NCBI GenBank assembly: GCA_031416075.1
Contig: JANOSY010000033.1
Span: forward strand, 1 to 44,335
Reading direction: 5' to 3'
Length of the DNA: 44,335 nt
DNA from: Candidatus Tenderia sp.
Lineage (GTDB): Bacteria > Pseudomonadota > Gammaproteobacteria > Tenderiales > Tenderiaceae
The position numbers were made by a program, and so were the translations under genes. Below the pieces are notes generated by a model. That model saw nothing but the letters and a program-made list of their open reading frames with translations, was not told where the DNA came from and made no database searches. Each line of letters starts with the position of its first letter. Within the stretch, counting starts at the first letter, position 1. This document shows positions 28,218 to 40,991 of this stretch, in pieces.

Positions 28218-28541
28218 ATGGCAGTAACTCTGACAGAACGGGCGGCAACACATGTGAGCAACTTTTTCGCCAAGCGCGGCAAAGGGGCGGGTTTGCGACT
28301 GGGCGTCAGGACAAGTGGATGTTCTGGTATGGCGTATGTATTGGAGTTTGTAGACGTCGTTGCGCCGGAGGACCAAGTGTTTGAGGCGCATGGCGTTAAG
28401 GTGGTGATTGACCCCAAAAGCATGCTGTATCTTGATGGCACTGAGCTCGACTTTGTTAAAGAGGGGCTAAACGAAGGGTTTAAGTTTAATAATCCTAACG
28501 TCAAAGATTCATGTGGCTGTGGCGAAAGTTTTACTGTTTGA
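28218..28541 (+). CDS. iscA: Fe-S assembly protein IscA
   Basis: SGCSG and CGCGESF. Confidence 0.96.
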   Translation: MAVTLTERAATHVSNFFAKRGKGAGLRLGVRTSGCSGMAYVLEFVDVVAPEDQVFEAHGVKVVIDPKSMLYLDGTELDFVKEGLNEGFKFNNPNVKDSCGCGESFTV

Positions 28542-28550
28542 TCGGCCACC

Positions 28551-29084
28551 GTGGATTTTCATCAAAACTATTTTGAGCTGTTTGGTCTGCCGGTCAGCTT
28601 TGGCCTGGATGGTGGTTCGCTGACAGAACGTTATCGTGATTTGCAGAAGGTATTGCACCCTGACCGTTTTGCCAATGCCTCAGATCAGGAACGGCGGTTG
28701 TCGTTGCAGCAGGCGGCTCAGGTGAACAGTGCCTATGATACGTTGCGAGATCCGCTTTCACGGGCACGTTATCTGCTGCAGTTGCGGGGGTTTGAATATA
28801 ACGATGAGAGCAGCACTATCAGTGATCTGGAGTTTCTGGAGGAGCAGATGGGGTTGCGTGAACAGCTGGCTGATATCCGCCATGATAAAAATCCGACCGC
28901 CCTTTTGGATGACTTTATGGCAAAGCTCGATGCCAGGAGTCGGGAATATATTGAGGGGTTGAGTGGGTTGTTTGCGTCGCCTGAAGATGTGGACATGGAA
29001 AAGGCAAAAAATCTGGTGCAGCGTATGCAGTTTATTCGTCGCCTGCAGGCAGAAGGGGAGGCGTTGGAGGAGGCGTTGATGTAG
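28551..29084 (+). CDS. hscB: Co-chaperone HscB
   Basis: NYFELFGL, J-domain HPD, operon position. Confidence 0.95.
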   Translation: MDFHQNYFELFGLPVSFGLDGGSLTERYRDLQKVLHPDRFANASDQERRLSLQQAAQVNSAYDTLRDPLSRARYLLQLRGFEYNDESSTISDLEFLEEQMGLREQLADIRHDKNPTALLDDFMAKLDARSREYIEGLSGLFASPEDVDMEKAKNLVQRMQFIRRLQAEGEALEEALM

Positions 29085-29260
29085 TCTTTCCGTTGAGCAA
29101 CCCAGACTAAGGCAGCGGTTGTGCAGACTATTTTTCCATTCTAAATCTCCATATCTTTTATTGCTCAGATTAACTGCCTGGCACCTCTGTTTTTTATGCA
29201 TCCAAGATGAATATATACTCTTTGATGGATCTATTTCTTAGACAAAGATGACAATCGATT

Positions 29261-31141
29261 ATGGCATTACTACAGATTAGTGAACCCGGCGAATCTACCG
29301 CCCCGCACCAGCATCGCTTGGCCGTCGGTATTGACCTGGGCACTACTAACTCCTTGGTGGCTACTGTGCGTAGCGGCGTGGCGGTTACCTTGCCTGGCCT
29401 GAATGGTGATTCCATGGTGCCGTCTGTGGTGCGTTACCATTCTGATGGTGGTATTGAAGTGGGTGAGTCCGCTCGTGCTGCTGCACCACAAGATCCAGAG
29501 AATACAATCATCTCTGTTAAACGGCTGATGGGGCGTAGTCTGGTTGATCTGAACCAGCAGGCGCAACGTTTTCCTTATACGTTTGCAAAGACCGATTCCA
29601 GCGTGCCTCGTATTGTTACGGCGGCGGGAGATGTGAGCGCTGTGGAGATCTCGGCGGAAATTTTGAAGGTGTTGCGTCTGCGTGCCGAGGAGAGTCTGGC
29701 TGGTGAGTTGAGTGGTGCAGTGATTACGGTGCCCGCCTATTTTGATGACGCCCAACGTCAAGCGACCAAGGATGCGGCCCGTCTTGCCGGAATAAATGTG
29801 TTACGTCTGTTGAATGAACCGACCGCAGCGGCGGTTGCCTATGGGCTGGATCGTGGTTCGGAAGGTGTGCATGTTGTCTATGACCTGGGGGGGGGGACAT
29901 TTGACGTCTCGATTTTGCGCTTTACCCGTGGGGTATTTGAGGTCCTGGCGACAGCGGGAGACTCGGCACTGGGGGGGGACGATTTTGACCATCTGCTGGC
30001 TCAATGGCTGATGGAGCAAGCGGGTATTGTTGATGACCTGGGTCATAGACAGTTGCGTGCGCTCCTGCATCAGGCCCGCGCCGTTAAAGAGCAGCTGAGC
30101 AGTGAGCTGGTGGTTGAGGTTGAGGTTGTCCGTGCTGACGGTTCGATATGGGTGGGCGACATTGACCGGTCTACCTTTAATGAGATTATAACCCCGCTTG
30201 TCAAAAAAACCCTGTTACCTTGTCGCCGTACGTTGCGTGACTCGGGTGTGTCGTTGGAAGAGATTGCCGATGTGGTGATGGTGGGTGGCTCTACACGTGT
30301 GCCGTTGGTGCGCGAACAGGTCGGCCAGTTTTTTCAGTGCCAGCCACTGGTTGATATTGACCCCGATAAAGTCGTGGCCATAGGTGCGGCCATTCAGGCC
30401 GACATTCTGGTGGGTAATAAACCCGATAACGAGATGCTGCTGCTGGATGTCATTCCGCTCTCCCTGGGGCTTGAGACCATGGGGGCACTGGTGGAAAAGG
30501 TGGTGCCACGGAACACAACCATTCCAACGACACGTGCCCAGGAGTTTACAACCTTTAAAGATGGTCAGACGGCAATGAGTATCCATGTATTGCAGGGCGA
30601 GCGTGAAATGGTGGACGATTGCCGTTCACTGGCGCGTTTTGAGCTGCGTGGTATTCCCGCCATGGTTGCCGGCGCAGCCCGCATTCTGGTGACGTTTCAG
30701 GTTGATGCGGATGGTTTGTTGAGTGTCAGTGCGGAAGAGACGGTGAGCGGTGTTCGTAGCAGCATCGAAGTGAAACCATCGTACGGCTTGCAGGAGAGCG
30801 AGATTGAAACGATGTTGCGCGACTCGTTCACCCATGCAAAGGAAGACATGAGTGTGCGTGCATTGCGCGAGCATCAGGTGGATGCTGACCGTGTGCTGGT
30901 ATCGCTGGCGGCGGCACTGGCGGCTGATGGTGATGTGCTGTTATCAGCCACAGAGCGTGGTGTGATTGATGTTAATATCAGCCAGTTGCAGCAGGCGCGT
31001 ATGGGAAGTGACATCCAGGCTATTAAACAGGCCATTGAAAACCTTGATCAGGTGACCGATAGCTACGCCCAGCGACGCATGGATGCCAGTGTTAAAAAGG
31101 TGCTCACAGGGCACCGGCTCGAAGACTTTAATAAGGCCTGA
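29261..31141 (+). CDS. hscA: Fe-S chaperone HscA
   Basis: [19 protein letters not shown] and DLGGGTFD. Confidence 0.97.
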   Translation: MALLQISEPGESTAPHQHRLAVGIDLGTTNSLVATVRSGVAVTLPGLNGDSMVPSVVRYHSDGGIEVGESARAAAPQDPENTIISVKRLMGRSLVDLNQQAQRFPYTFAKTDSSVPRIVTAAGDVSAVEISAEILKVLRLRAEESLAGELSGAVITVPAYFDDAQRQATKDAARLAGINVLRLLNEPTAAAVAYGLDRGSEGVHVVYDLGGGTFDVSILRFTRGVFEVLATAGDSALGGDDFDHLLAQWLMEQAGIVDDLGHRQLRALLHQARAVKEQLSSELVVEVEVVRADGSIWVGDIDRSTFNEIITPLVKKTLLPCRRTLRDSGVSLEEIADVVMVGGSTRVPLVREQVGQFFQCQPLVDIDPDKVVAIGAAIQADILVGNKPDNEMLLLDVIPLSLGLETMGALVEKVVPRNTTIPTTRAQEFTTFKDGQTAMSIHVLQGEREMVDDCRSLARFELRGIPAMVAGAARILVTFQVDADGLLSVSAEETVSGVRSSIEVKPSYGLQESEIETMLRDSFTHAKEDMSVRALREHQVDADRVLVSLAAALAADGDVLLSATERGVIDVNISQLQQARMGSDIQAIKQAIENLDQVTDSYAQRRMDASVKKVLTGHRLEDFNKA

Positions 31142-31220
31142 TACGAACCCCGTCGGGTGACAGGTATTGATGGGTTCCTTGCTTTTGCGGTGAATGGTTT
31201 AGAAAAACGGAACAGTGATT

Positions 31221-31559
31221 ATGACAAAGATAGTCTTTTTACCCCATGCCGAACTCTGCCCAGCAGGTTTGGTGGTGGACGTAGCCCCAGGTACCACTAT
31301 TCTGGATGCGGCACTTGATAATGGAATTGAGCTGGAGCATGCCTGCGACAAGTCCTGCGCTTGCACTACCTGCCACGTTATTGTGCGTGAAGGTTTTGAT
31401 TCGCTTAACGAAACAGATGAGCTCGAGGATGACCTGCTCGACAAAGCTTGGGGATTGGAGCCTGAATCACGGCTCGGCTGTCAGGCGGCTGTCCATAGTA
31501 AGGATCTGGTGGTAGAGATACCTAAATACACCATTAACATGGTCTCTGAAGGCCACTAA
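31221..31559 (+). CDS. fdx: ISC [2Fe-2S] ferredoxin
   Basis: HACDKSCACTTCH and SRLGCQ. Confidence 0.96.
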   Translation: MTKIVFLPHAELCPAGLVVDVAPGTTILDAALDNGIELEHACDKSCACTTCHVIVREGFDSLNETDELEDDLLDKAWGLEPESRLGCQAAVHSKDLVVEIPKYTINMVSEGH

Positions 31560-31586
31560 CGTAAACGTGGGCGTGGGGAGCTGAAC

Positions 31587-31787
31587 ATGGGACTGAAATG
31601 GACTGATTCATTGGATGTGGCGATAGCCCTGGATGAGGCCCATCCTGACGTTGACCCCAAAGGGATCCGTTTTACCGACCTTTTGCAGTGGGTGCTGGCG
31701 CTGGAGGAATTTGATGATACTGAAGAGCGTTGTGGCGAAAAAATTCTTGAGGCGATCCAGATGGCATGGATTGAAGAGCGAGAGTAG
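31587..31787 (+). CDS. iscX: Fe-S assembly protein IscX
   Basis: LKWTDS, IRFTDL and EKILEAIQMAWIEE. Confidence 0.95.
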   Translation: MGLKWTDSLDVAIALDEAHPDVDPKGIRFTDLLQWVLALEEFDDTEERCGEKILEAIQMAWIEERE

Positions 31788-31857
31788 TGTCAACGCCGTT
31801 AACGGTGGCGGATAGCGCCTGAAACAGGTAAAATGCGCCAAGTTTTTAGGTAAGTAT

Positions 31858-31880
31858 AGGCCTGCGTTAAACGCGGGCCT
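31858..31880. other. Stem-loop between iscX and ndk
   Basis: AGGCCTGCGTT-A-AACGCGGGCCT imperfect inverted repeat; terminator or 5'-UTR structure. Confidence 0.4.
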
Positions 31881-31919
31881 GTTGCTATTTATGAGTTAGA
31901 AAACTAAGGAGACTCTCCC

Positions 31920-32345
31920 ATGGCTGTTGAACGTACATTGTCTATTATTAAACCTGACGCAGTTGCCAAAAATGTGATTGGCAAAATCTACAGTCGTTTT
32001 GAAAGTGCCGGCCTGAAGGTTGTTGCTGCTAAAATGGCACAGCTGAGTCGTGCAGAGGCTGAAGGCTTCTATGCGGTACACAAGGCGCGCCCTTTCTTTA
32101 ACGATCTGGTGAGTTTCATGATCTCTGGCCCGGTGATGATTCAGGCCCTTGAAGGTGAAGGCGCTATTGCCATGAACCGTCAGTTAATGGGTGCCACCAA
32201 CCCAAAAGAGGCCGAGGCAGGTACTATTCGCGCTGATTTTGCTGACTCAATCGATGCCAATGCAGTACACGGTTCTGACAGTGCTGAAAATGCAGCGATC
32301 GAAATTGCGTACTTCTTCAGCACTACCGAAGTCTGTTCACGTTAA
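31920..32345 (+). CDS. ndk: Nucleoside diphosphate kinase
   Basis: [12 protein letters not shown] and NAVHGSDS. Confidence 0.97.
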   Translation: MAVERTLSIIKPDAVAKNVIGKIYSRFESAGLKVVAAKMAQLSRAEAEGFYAVHKARPFFNDLVSFMISGPVMIQALEGEGAIAMNRQLMGATNPKEAEAGTIRADFADSIDANAVHGSDSAENAAIEIAYFFSTTEVCSR

Positions 32346-32358
32346 GAGGTGGATCAAC

Positions 32359-33465
32359 TTGAGTGATACCAAGGTCAATCTACTTGGCCTAGATCGCAAA
32401 GGTCTTGAGGCCTTCTTCACCAACATGGGGGAGAAGGCCTTTCGTGCTTCACAAGTAATGAAGTGGATTCATCAATTTGGAGTCAACGACTTTGATGAGA
32501 TGAACAACATTGCTAAAGGGTTAAGAGAGCAGCTTAAAGAGGTGGCGGAACTACGCGCCCCTGAGTTGGTTCTGGATCAGGCCTCCAGCGACGGTACTCA
32601 TAAATGGGTATTGCGACTTGATAGTGGTAACTGTATTGAAACGGTATTAATCCCTGAAGTGGAGCGTGGCACTCTGTGTGTTTCATCCCAGGTTGGGTGT
32701 GCACTCGACTGCTCGTTCTGTGCGACGGGTAAGCAGGGTTTTAACCGCAATCTCACCACGGCAGAAATTGTCGGTCAGCTGCGTGCGGCCTATCAATATT
32801 ATGGTGCCACCCACCGTGATAAACGGATCATTACCAATGTGGTCATGATGGGCATGGGTGAGCCACTGCTGAATTTTGATAATGTTGTTGCGGCCATGAA
32901 TATCATGACTGACGACGACTGTTACGGCCTGTCAAAACGGCGGGTCACATTGAGTACGGCCGGTGTTGTTCCGGCGATGCGGCGGCTGGCGGAGGAGAGC
33001 GACGTGAGTCTGGCAGTATCGTTGCACGCCCCTAATGACGAACTGCGTAATGTTTTAGTGCCGCTTAACTGTAAATATCCGCTTAAAGAGTTGATGGCGG
33101 CGTGCAGACATTACGTTGAGGTAGGTAATAAACGTAAAATCACCTTTGAGTATGTGATGCTTGATGGTGTGAATGATAAACCCGAACATGCACGGCAGAT
33201 GATTCAGCTGTTGAAGGGGATTCCCTCTAAAATAAATCTGATTCCATTTAACCCGTTCCCGCAGTCACAATATCGTCGCTCTTCTGATGACACCATCAGA
33301 CATTTTCGGGATATATTGGCAGCCGGTGGTTTGACCACCGTGACACGTCGAACCCGTGGTGACGATATCGATGCAGCGTGTGGCCAACTGGTAGGTAAGG
33401 TGATGGATCGTACCAAGCGTAATCTTCCCAAAGCAGGTGATGCATTACAGGAGCTGGGGGGATGA
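32359..33465 (+). CDS. rlmN: 23S rRNA/tRNA m2A methyltransferase RlmN
   Basis: [21 protein letters not shown] and AACGQL; probable TTG start at 32359. Confidence 0.95.
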   Translation: MSDTKVNLLGLDRKGLEAFFTNMGEKAFRASQVMKWIHQFGVNDFDEMNNIAKGLREQLKEVAELRAPELVLDQASSDGTHKWVLRLDSGNCIETVLIPEVERGTLCVSSQVGCALDCSFCATGKQGFNRNLTTAEIVGQLRAAYQYYGATHRDKRIITNVVMMGMGEPLLNFDNVVAAMNIMTDDDCYGLSKRRVTLSTAGVVPAMRRLAEESDVSLAVSLHAPNDELRNVLVPLNCKYPLKELMAACRHYVEVGNKRKITFEYVMLDGVNDKPEHARQMIQLLKGIPSKINLIPFNPFPQSQYRRSSDDTIRHFRDILAAGGLTTVTRRTRGDDIDAACGQLVGKVMDRTKRNLPKAGDALQELGG

Positions 33466-34193
33466 GGTTGCCCACTCTGCTGGTAATGATCACGGCTGTT
33501 CTACTGTTGCAGGGATGTATTCAGACGGGTGGTCCCAAGGGATCGGCGGAAACGGCTGAAGCGGTACGTATTTATAGTGATCTTGGGCTGGAGTATCTAC
33601 GTCAGGGTAAACTTGACCAGGCGCTGCAGAAGCTGCAGCGCGCCTTAGAGCTAAACAGCAGAGACCCTGCCTCTAATCACTATATCGCCGAAGTATACAA
33701 ACAGATGGAGGAGACCAAGCTGGCAGATCTCTATTTTGAGAAGGCAGCAGAACTGGATCCTAAAAACCCCATGTTGCTGAATAACTATGGGGCGTTTCTG
33801 TGTGAGCAATCGCGTTTTGCCGATGCAGAAAAATATTTCTTGCGTGCCGCAGAGTTGCCCCGTTATCAAACGCCAGAATTGGCCTATGAAAATCTTGCAC
33901 TTTGTGTGCTGAGGATGAATAACCCGGTTCAGGCAGAAGTCTATTTCCGCAAGGCATTGGCGATCAACCCAAAGTTGCAAAAGTCACTCTACCAGATGGC
34001 GCAGATCAGTTACGACAATAAAGAGTATTTGACGGCGCGGGCGTTTGTGCAGCGGTTTCACAGCGTTATCGATCCGTCAGAGCTGGGGCTGAAACTGGCC
34101 ATTAAAATTGAGCAGGCACTGGGTGATGAATCGGCGGTGCAAGAGTACCAGCGGGCGTTAAAAAAACGCTTCCCTGATGCAGCGATAGAGTAG
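33462..34193 (+). CDS. pilW: Type IV pilus biogenesis/stability lipoprotein PilW/PilF
   Basis: Lipobox LQGC, TPR repeats, NNYGAFLC; conserved position. Confidence 0.88.
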   Translation: MRLPTLLVMITAVLLLQGCIQTGGPKGSAETAEAVRIYSDLGLEYLRQGKLDQALQKLQRALELNSRDPASNHYIAEVYKQMEETKLADLYFEKAAELDPKNPMLLNNYGAFLCEQSRFADAEKYFLRAAELPRYQTPELAYENLALCVLRMNNPVQAEVYFRKALAINPKLQKSLYQMAQISYDNKEYLTARAFVQRFHSVIDPSELGLKLAIKIEQALGDESAVQEYQRALKKRFPDAAIE

Positions 34194-34210
34194 TGACGGG
34201 TGAATAAAGG

Positions 34211-35110
34211 ATGAACAGGCCGGTGGAACAAGAGAGCGACATGGAACAATCCGCGCAGAGTGGTGCTTGGGGTAAACGTCTGGCGGCTATTCGTGAGAAA
34301 AACGGTGTTACTGTCAGCGCAGTGGCTGCAGAGTTGCGGCTTGAGCCAAAAATGGTGGAGTTGATTGAAGCTGAAGATCTGGATCAGCTCCCGACTGCAC
34401 CCTTTGTGAAGGGGTATCTGCGTCACTATGCCCGCATGATGGACGTTGATGTGACCCCAATCCTTGAAGCTTATGGCAGGGTGTGTGGTGTGGATGCGCC
34501 GGGGCTGACCAAGATCAACCGTCTATATGAATCGACCTCTAAAGATGCGGCACCACGTTCTACGACCTGGATCATTGTGGCGGTGATTGTGGTCTCGCTG
34601 GCGGCTTGGTGGTGGACGCAGCTGATTACCTTTAAAAACGCGCCAGAAGAAGAGGCGGTTGTGGAGTTGTCAGAGGCAGTGCCAGCTACTGCGATGGATA
34701 CTGTTCCGGTTGATAACGGCGCTACTGTTAGCGGTGAAGAGGGAGGGGAGCTGTTATTGCCACAGTTGCAGGGTTCGGTCGAAACACCCGCAGCAGTATC
34801 CCCTACGCCTGAATCTGTTGCTGTGATCAAGACAGAGGTTGCCACACCCCTCGCAGCCGCAGGAACGTCGACCATTACGTTAAAGTTTACACAAGAGTCG
34901 TGGGTCGACATTACCGATGCCACAGGTGCGCGTCTGTTTGTTGATCTGGCAAAATCCAACAGTTCGCAGACAGTGACAGGCAAGCCCCCCTTTAATGTAC
35001 TGTTAGGTAATTCGGAAGGTGTGGCCATTGAGTATAACAGCAAGCCTTATGATCAGCGTCCCCACAATAGCAAGGGTGTTTCCCGCTTTACCCTGGGCGC
35101 TGCGGATTAG
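34211..35110 (+). CDS. rodZ: Cytoskeletal protein RodZ
   Basis: N-terminal HTH ([10 protein letters not shown]), TM, C-terminal SWVDITDA...LGN domain. Confidence 0.9.
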   Translation: MNRPVEQESDMEQSAQSGAWGKRLAAIREKNGVTVSAVAAELRLEPKMVELIEAEDLDQLPTAPFVKGYLRHYARMMDVDVTPILEAYGRVCGVDAPGLTKINRLYESTSKDAAPRSTTWIIVAVIVVSLAAWWWTQLITFKNAPEEEAVVELSEAVPATAMDTVPVDNGATVSGEEGGELLLPQLQGSVETPAAVSPTPESVAVIKTEVATPLAAAGTSTITLKFTQESWVDITDATGARLFVDLAKSNSSQTVTGKPPFNVLLGNSEGVAIEYNSKPYDQRPHNSKGVSRFTLGAAD

Positions 35111-35124
35111 ACAGGAGATTTTTT

Positions 35125-36249
35125 ATGGAACATAAAAGCTTAATCGTCCGTCGTAAATCACGCCAGATCATGGTGGGTAATGTACCTGTTGGTGGTGATG
35201 CGCCTATCACCGTACAAAGCATGACCAACACTGAGACCTGTGATGTTGCTGCAACCGTGGCGCAGATCAAGGCGCTTGAGGCTGTGGGTGCCGATATTGT
35301 CCGTGTCTCTGTGCCGAGCATGGAGGCGGCAGAGGCCTTTGGTAAAATTAAAAAGCTGGTCAATGTGCCGCTGGTAGCGGATATACATTTTGATTATAAA
35401 ATTGCCTTGCGTGTTGCCGAGTTGGGCGTGGATTGCCTGCGTATCAACCCCGGTAATATTGGTAGCGATGAACGTGTACGTGCGGTGGTGAGTGCGGCCC
35501 GTGATAATAATATTCCCATTCGTATCGGTGTGAATGCTGGCTCTTTGGAAAAAGATCTACAGAAAAAGTATGGTGAACCCACACCGGCGGCGCTGGTGGA
35601 GTCAGCACTGCGTCATATCGACATTCTCGACAAGCTCGACTTCCAGGAGTTTAAGGTCAGCCTTAAAGCGTCGGAAATTTTTATGACAGTAGCTGCCTAC
35701 CGGTTACTCGCCAGCCAGATTGAGCAGCCGCTCCACCTGGGGATTACGGAGGCGGGTGGCCTGCGTTCAGGTACAGTGAAATCCTCCATTGGTCTGGGCA
35801 TGTTACTGGCCGATGGCATTGGCGATACCATTCGTATCTCTCTGGCCGCAGATCCAGTGGAGGAGATTAAAGTGGGTTTTGATATTCTTAAAAGCCTGCA
35901 TCTGCGTAGTAAGGGAATCAATTTGATTGCCTGCCCCTCCTGTTCACGCCAGCGTTTCAACGTCATCTCCGTCGTCAATGAACTGGAGCAGCGCCTCGAA
36001 GATGTGACCGAACCACTCAATGTTGCCGTCATCGGTTGTGTCGTTAACGGCCCAGGGGAAGCGCGTGAAGTTGATGTGGGGTTAGCAGGTGGTGAACCCA
36101 ATCTGCTCTACATTGATGGAAAGCCAGATCACAAAATTGGCAATGAAGGCATGGTGGATGAGCTTGAACGGGTGATTCGTCACCGCATCAAAATCAAGCA
36201 AGAGAGCAGTGGTGCCAGCTGTGTCGCCTGTCCGTCTGCTGGAAAATAG
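35125..36249 (+). CDS. ispG: HMBPP synthase IspG
   Basis: [21 protein letters not shown] and GCVVNGPGE. Confidence 0.97.
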   Translation: MEHKSLIVRRKSRQIMVGNVPVGGDAPITVQSMTNTETCDVAATVAQIKALEAVGADIVRVSVPSMEAAEAFGKIKKLVNVPLVADIHFDYKIALRVAELGVDCLRINPGNIGSDERVRAVVSAARDNNIPIRIGVNAGSLEKDLQKKYGEPTPAALVESALRHIDILDKLDFQEFKVSLKASEIFMTVAAYRLLASQIEQPLHLGITEAGGLRSGTVKSSIGLGMLLADGIGDTIRISLAADPVEEIKVGFDILKSLHLRSKGINLIACPSCSRQRFNVISVVNELEQRLEDVTEPLNVAVIGCVVNGPGEAREVDVGLAGGEPNLLYIDGKPDHKIGNEGMVDELERVIRHRIKIKQESSGASCVACPSAGK

Positions 36250-36260
36250 AATAGAAATTT

Positions 36261-37532
36261 ATGTCTAAACACATCCAGGCCGTTCGCGGCATGAACGATA
36301 TCCTGCCACAGCAAACACCTTATTGGCAGCGGTTGGAACAGACGGCACAACGGGTTTTTGAAGCGTACAGCTTTGAAGAGATCCGTATGCCGATTGTTGA
36401 GAGTACCGATCTTTTTAAACGCACCATCGGTGAAGTCACCGATATTGTTGAAAAAGAGATGTACACCTTTGAGGACCGTAATGGCGATAGCCTGACGTTA
36501 CGCCCGGAAGGTACGGCGGGGTGCGTGCGTGCGGGCATTGAGAATGGTCTTCTTTATAACCAGATTCAACGCCTCTGGTACAAGGGACCGATGTTTCGTC
36601 ATGAACGCCCCCAGAAAGGGCGCTATCGCCAGTTTCAACAAATTGGTGTGGAGTGTTTTGGAATGGCCGGCCCGGATGTTGATGCCGAGATGATCATGAT
36701 GACCGCCCGGTTGTGGCGTGAGCTGGGGTTGACCGGGCTGGAGTTACACATCAATACCCTTGGTTCAGCAGAGGCCAGGGCACGTTATCGTGACATCCTG
36801 GTTGAGTACATGAACGCACACCACGATCAGCTGGATGAAGATAGCCAGCGCCGTTTACTGAGTAATCCATTGCGGATTCTGGACAGTAAAAATCCGGCGA
36901 TGCAGCTGATTAACAACAATGCGCCCAAATTAATTGATGCCCTGGATGATGAATCGCGTCAGCACTTTGAACAGCTCTGTGGTTATCTTGACGATGCCGG
37001 TATTCCATATGTGATCAATCCGCGCCTGGTGCGTGGCCTTGATTACTACAACCGTACCGTGTTTGAGTGGGTGACAGACCAGTTAGGTGCACAGGGCACC
37101 GTTTGTGCCGGTGGCCGTTTTGATGGACTGGTAGAACAGTTGGGAGGACACAGCACGCCAGCGCTCGGTTTTGCTATGGGTATAGAGCGGCTGGTATTGT
37201 TGCTGGAAGCCACAGCCAAGGTGGAAAACACCCCCCACGCCTATCTGCTGATGATTGGTGATGATGCAGTACGCAGAGGTTTACGTCTGGCTGAGGCGTT
37301 GCGCGATACACTGCCGGGACTGCGTCTGCGTAGCCATTGCGGCGGTGGCAGTTTTAAGGCCCAGTTTAAAAAGGCGGATAAGAGCGGCGCAGCAGTGGCG
37401 TTGATTCTTGGCGAAGATGAGGTACAGCAAGCAGTTGTGGGGATAAAAAACCTGCGTGAACAGAACCCGCAACAGAGTGTGCCGCAGAGCGGGTTGGCAA
37501 ACTATTTAAAGTCAGCACTGGCGTTGTTATAA
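36261..37532 (+). CDS. hisS: Histidine--tRNA ligase
   Basis: [28 protein letters not shown] and LVRGLDYY. Confidence 0.98.
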   Translation: MSKHIQAVRGMNDILPQQTPYWQRLEQTAQRVFEAYSFEEIRMPIVESTDLFKRTIGEVTDIVEKEMYTFEDRNGDSLTLRPEGTAGCVRAGIENGLLYNQIQRLWYKGPMFRHERPQKGRYRQFQQIGVECFGMAGPDVDAEMIMMTARLWRELGLTGLELHINTLGSAEARARYRDILVEYMNAHHDQLDEDSQRRLLSNPLRILDSKNPAMQLINNNAPKLIDALDDESRQHFEQLCGYLDDAGIPYVINPRLVRGLDYYNRTVFEWVTDQLGAQGTVCAGGRFDGLVEQLGGHSTPALGFAMGIERLVLLLEATAKVENTPHAYLLMIGDDAVRRGLRLAEALRDTLPGLRLRSHCGGGSFKAQFKKADKSGAAVALILGEDEVQQAVVGIKNLREQNPQQSVPQSGLANYLKSALALL

Positions 37533-37675
37533 AACAGGGCCTTGTCGTGACCAGTATGAATTGCGGAATAGCGCTGCTATAACAGCAGTGGGTAGATAGA
37601 GAGGATCTATATCTGCCTGACAGCATTAATGTTGTGGCGGTATGTAATATTTGGATAACAGCGCGGGAGTTAAAA

Positions 37676-38317
37676 GTGGAAGTCTACGATTCGGAACGTG
37701 AACAATTTGATGTCCTGAAAACATGGTGGCAACAGAATGGTAAAGCCATTGTCATCGGCTCGATTCTGGGGATAGGGACGTTAGTGGGTTGGCAGCAGTG
37801 GCAGTCAGGTAAGCAGGAGTCAAGTGAGGCCGCGTCACAAGAGTATGGTGTGCTGCTTGATAATATGGAAAAGCAGAACCTGCAAGGTGTGAAGGAGCGT
37901 GGTGCCACCATCATGAATAACTTTGCCAAAACACCTTACGCGGCACTGGCAGCGTTAGCGGTGGCCAAGGTGAATGTGGAGGAGGGTGATATCGCTTCCG
38001 CCCGTACCCATCTGCAAAAGGTGGTCGATCAAAAAGATCAGCCGCAGTTTCAGCATGTTGCCCGCCTGCGTCTGGCACGGTTGATATTGGACGAGGGTGA
38101 GGCCAAACAGGCATTGGATCTGGTCAAGAGTGTTGATGTTGCCGGATTTGCCAGCGCCTATGATGAACTTAAGGGTGACATCCACGCCGCACTGGGTAAT
38201 ACAGCAGAGGCGCGCAGCGCTTACGAACGTGCCATTGCGGCTATGGATGCAGCGCTTGATCAGAGCATTATTAAAATGAAGCTCGATGATCTGGGCGAGA
38301 CAGAGGTAACGTTGTAA
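37676..38317 (+). CDS. yfgM: Ancillary SecYEG subunit YfgM (TPR)
   Basis: WWQQNG + TM, ARLRLAR, ELKGDI and KLDDL; GTG start at 37676. Confidence 0.9.
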   Translation: MEVYDSEREQFDVLKTWWQQNGKAIVIGSILGIGTLVGWQQWQSGKQESSEAASQEYGVLLDNMEKQNLQGVKERGATIMNNFAKTPYAALAALAVAKVNVEEGDIASARTHLQKVVDQKDQPQFQHVARLRLARLILDEGEAKQALDLVKSVDVAGFASAYDELKGDIHAALGNTAEARSAYERAIAAMDAALDQSIIKMKLDDLGETEVTL

Positions 38318-39454
38318 ATGCGTTCAATTGTGTTGCCACTGCTGCTGCTGGCACTGGCGGGATGTAGTTCCACCGGACCGATCCGTGAACCGGCGGCGCT
38401 GGAGGATATTAGCGCCGCCCGTCATGTGAAGGTGCTGTGGAGCAGCTCCACCTCATCGGATCGACTCAACCGGGTGTACGACCGTTTAGCCCCCGTGATT
38501 GCGGATGGCACACTGTATACCGCCAGTGCCAACGGCATGGTATACGCCTTTGATATCGCCAAGGGCAAAAAACAGTGGCAGCAACGGTTGGAGCTGGTGA
38601 TTACCGGTGGTGTGGGTCTTAACCAGGAGCAGCTGTTTGTGGGCAGTGCCAAGGCCGAGATACTGGCGCTGAGTCGTAACAGTGGTGCAGTGCAATGGCG
38701 CACCACACTCTCCAGCGAAATATTGGCCCCACCCGTTGCTGTCGCAAATCAGCTGATTGTGCGTTGTGTGGATGGCAATGTGTATGCATTGAATGCAGAA
38801 AATGGCCAACAGCTCTGGCACTATCAAGGCAGCGTTCCGGCGCTGAGTCTGCGTGGTGACAGCACCCCAGTGATTGCTGGTGATAACGTACTGTTAGGAT
38901 TGGCCAACGGCCGGATTGCAGCGCTGTCGCTCGATGATGGTTCAGTGATCTGGGAGAGTAATGTAGCGGTGGCCCAGGGGCGTACCGATCTTGAACGTAT
39001 GGTCGATGTTGATGCCGCACCGCTGGTGGCGGACGAGACCATCTACGCTGTTGCCTATCAAGGTAAGGTGGTTGCACTCTCGCGCCAGACCGGCAGCACA
39101 ATCTGGAGTCGTGATATCGGTTCATCAGCCGGTCTGGGGCTGGATGAACACCATCTCTACGTAGTGGATGATCAGGATCAGATATGGACGCTGGACCGCA
39201 ACAGCGGTGCATCGTTATGGAAATCGGATAAACTGAAATACCGCGACTTAAGTGCCCCCGTGCCCATGAAAGATAGCGTTGTTGTGGGTGACTTTGAAGG
39301 CTACCTGCACTGGCTGTCACTGGAGGATGGCCACATTATTGCCCGTCACCAAGTGAGTGATGACGGCATACGCATGGCCCCTATAGTGATTAACGAAGTG
39401 CTTTATGTACGCACCAAAAACGGCAATCTTGAAGCACTTACCCTTACCCCATAA
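38318..39454 (+). CDS. bamB: Outer membrane assembly lipoprotein BamB
   Basis: Lipobox LAGC, PQQ-like beta-propeller repeats, GDFEGYLHW. Confidence 0.95.
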   Translation: MRSIVLPLLLLALAGCSSTGPIREPAALEDISAARHVKVLWSSSTSSDRLNRVYDRLAPVIADGTLYTASANGMVYAFDIAKGKKQWQQRLELVITGGVGLNQEQLFVGSAKAEILALSRNSGAVQWRTTLSSEILAPPVAVANQLIVRCVDGNVYALNAENGQQLWHYQGSVPALSLRGDSTPVIAGDNVLLGLANGRIAALSLDDGSVIWESNVAVAQGRTDLERMVDVDAAPLVADETIYAVAYQGKVVALSRQTGSTIWSRDIGSSAGLGLDEHHLYVVDDQDQIWTLDRNSGASLWKSDKLKYRDLSAPVPMKDSVVVGDFEGYLHWLSLEDGHIIARHQVSDDGIRMAPIVINEVLYVRTKNGNLEALTLTP

Positions 39455-39468
39455 GTTGGCCATACAAA

Positions 39469-40890
39469 ATGAAACCTGTCATCGCGCTTGTCGGCCGTCC
39501 CAATGTTGGTAAATCAACACTCTTTAACTGCCTCACCAAAACCCGTGATGCGTTGGTGGCCGACTATCCGGGGTTAACACGTGACCGTAAATATGGCACC
39601 GGTCGGGTGGGATACAAACCCTACATCGTTGTTGATACCGGCGGTCTGAGTGGTGCGAAGGAGGGCATTGATGAACTCATGGCCGGCCAAGTGCAGCAGG
39701 CCATTGGTGAGGCAAACGCAGTACTCTTCATGGTCGATGCCCGCGCAGGGCTCACCGGGGGGGATGAGATCATTGCCCGCCATCTGCGCCGCATCGACAA
39801 ACCGATCTACCTCATCGTTAATAAAGTGGATGGCTCTGACGAGAACATTGTCACGGCTGACTTTCAGCGGCTGGGTCTGGGCCAGGTGATTGGTATCTCC
39901 TCATCCCATGGGCGCGGTGTCAGCCACATGATGGATGTAGTGCTGGCCATCATGCCGGAGATGGAGATTGAAGAAGAGGAGACCTATGACGATACACTTA
40001 AAGTGGCCATCATCGGTCGTCCCAATGTAGGTAAATCAACACTGGTCAACCGACTGTTGGGTGAAGAGCGTGTGGTTGCGTTTGACATGCCCGGCACCAC
40101 CCGTGACAGCATCTTTATCCCATTCGAACAGGATGGACAGAAATATACATTGATCGATACCGCCGGGGTACGTCGGCGTGGCAAAGTGAAAGAGACTGTA
40201 GAAAAATTCAGTGTCATTAAAGCACTACAAGCAATCGAAGTGGCCAACGTGGTCATCATGGTACTGGATGCCCAGGACGGTATTTCCGATCAGGATGCAA
40301 CCCTGGCCGGTTTTGCCCTGGAGGCCGGGCGTGCCATGGTCATTGCAGTGAATAAATGGGATGGGCTGGAGAAAGATGCCCGTAACAAAATGAAAGAAGA
40401 GTTGGAACGACGCCTGCCTTTTCTCGACTTTGCCGAGATGCACTTCATCTCAGCACTGCAGGGGAGTGGTGTGGGGCTGCTGTTTAAATCAGTCAACGCC
40501 GCCTACAAAGCGGCCATGGCTGATCTGGCTACCCCCGCACTCACGCGCATACTCGAAGATGCCGTTAGCCAACATCAGCCGCCGATTGTGGGTGGGCACC
40601 GCATCAAACTGCGCTATGCCCACCAGGGGGGGAAAAACCCCCCGATCATTGTGATACATGGCAATCAAACCGACTCAGTGCCCGGCACCTACAAACGGTA
40701 TCTGATGAATGTATATAGAAAGGTATTCAAGCTGCATGGCACCCCCGTGCGTATTGAGTTCCGTTCAGGTGACAACCCGTTTGCCAACAAGCGCCGTGAA
40801 AACCTGACCGTGCGCCAGGCATACAAAAAAAAGATGGAACAGAAATTTACCAGCAAGAGTAAGGGGCGGAATAAACCCGATAAGCAGTAA
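39469..40890 (+). CDS. der: Ribosome biogenesis GTPase Der
   Basis: Two [10 protein letters not shown]-domains and KH-like C-terminus. Confidence 0.98.
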   Translation: MKPVIALVGRPNVGKSTLFNCLTKTRDALVADYPGLTRDRKYGTGRVGYKPYIVVDTGGLSGAKEGIDELMAGQVQQAIGEANAVLFMVDARAGLTGGDEIIARHLRRIDKPIYLIVNKVDGSDENIVTADFQRLGLGQVIGISSSHGRGVSHMMDVVLAIMPEMEIEEEETYDDTLKVAIIGRPNVGKSTLVNRLLGEERVVAFDMPGTTRDSIFIPFEQDGQKYTLIDTAGVRRRGKVKETVEKFSVIKALQAIEVANVVIMVLDAQDGISDQDATLAGFALEAGRAMVIAVNKWDGLEKDARNKMKEELERRLPFLDFAEMHFISALQGSGVGLLFKSVNAAYKAAMADLATPALTRILEDAVSQHQPPIVGGHRIKLRYAHQGGKNPPIIVIHGNQTDSVPGTYKRYLMNVYRKVFKLHGTPVRIEFRSGDNPFANKRRENLTVRQAYKKKMEQKFTSKSKGRNKPDKQ

Positions 40891-40991
40891 TCGCCGTATC
40901 CGGTTTTAGACGAGTGTAAAAGCGAGCGTAAACATATTGCGGTACAGACGTGCCCCATATCCTGACAACAGAGTAGACAACCTTAGGCACT

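Noticed and set aside
38619-39320. 233-aa minus-strand ORF and other antisense ORFs in the core operons
   Set aside because: Shadows of well-supported genes on the opposite strand
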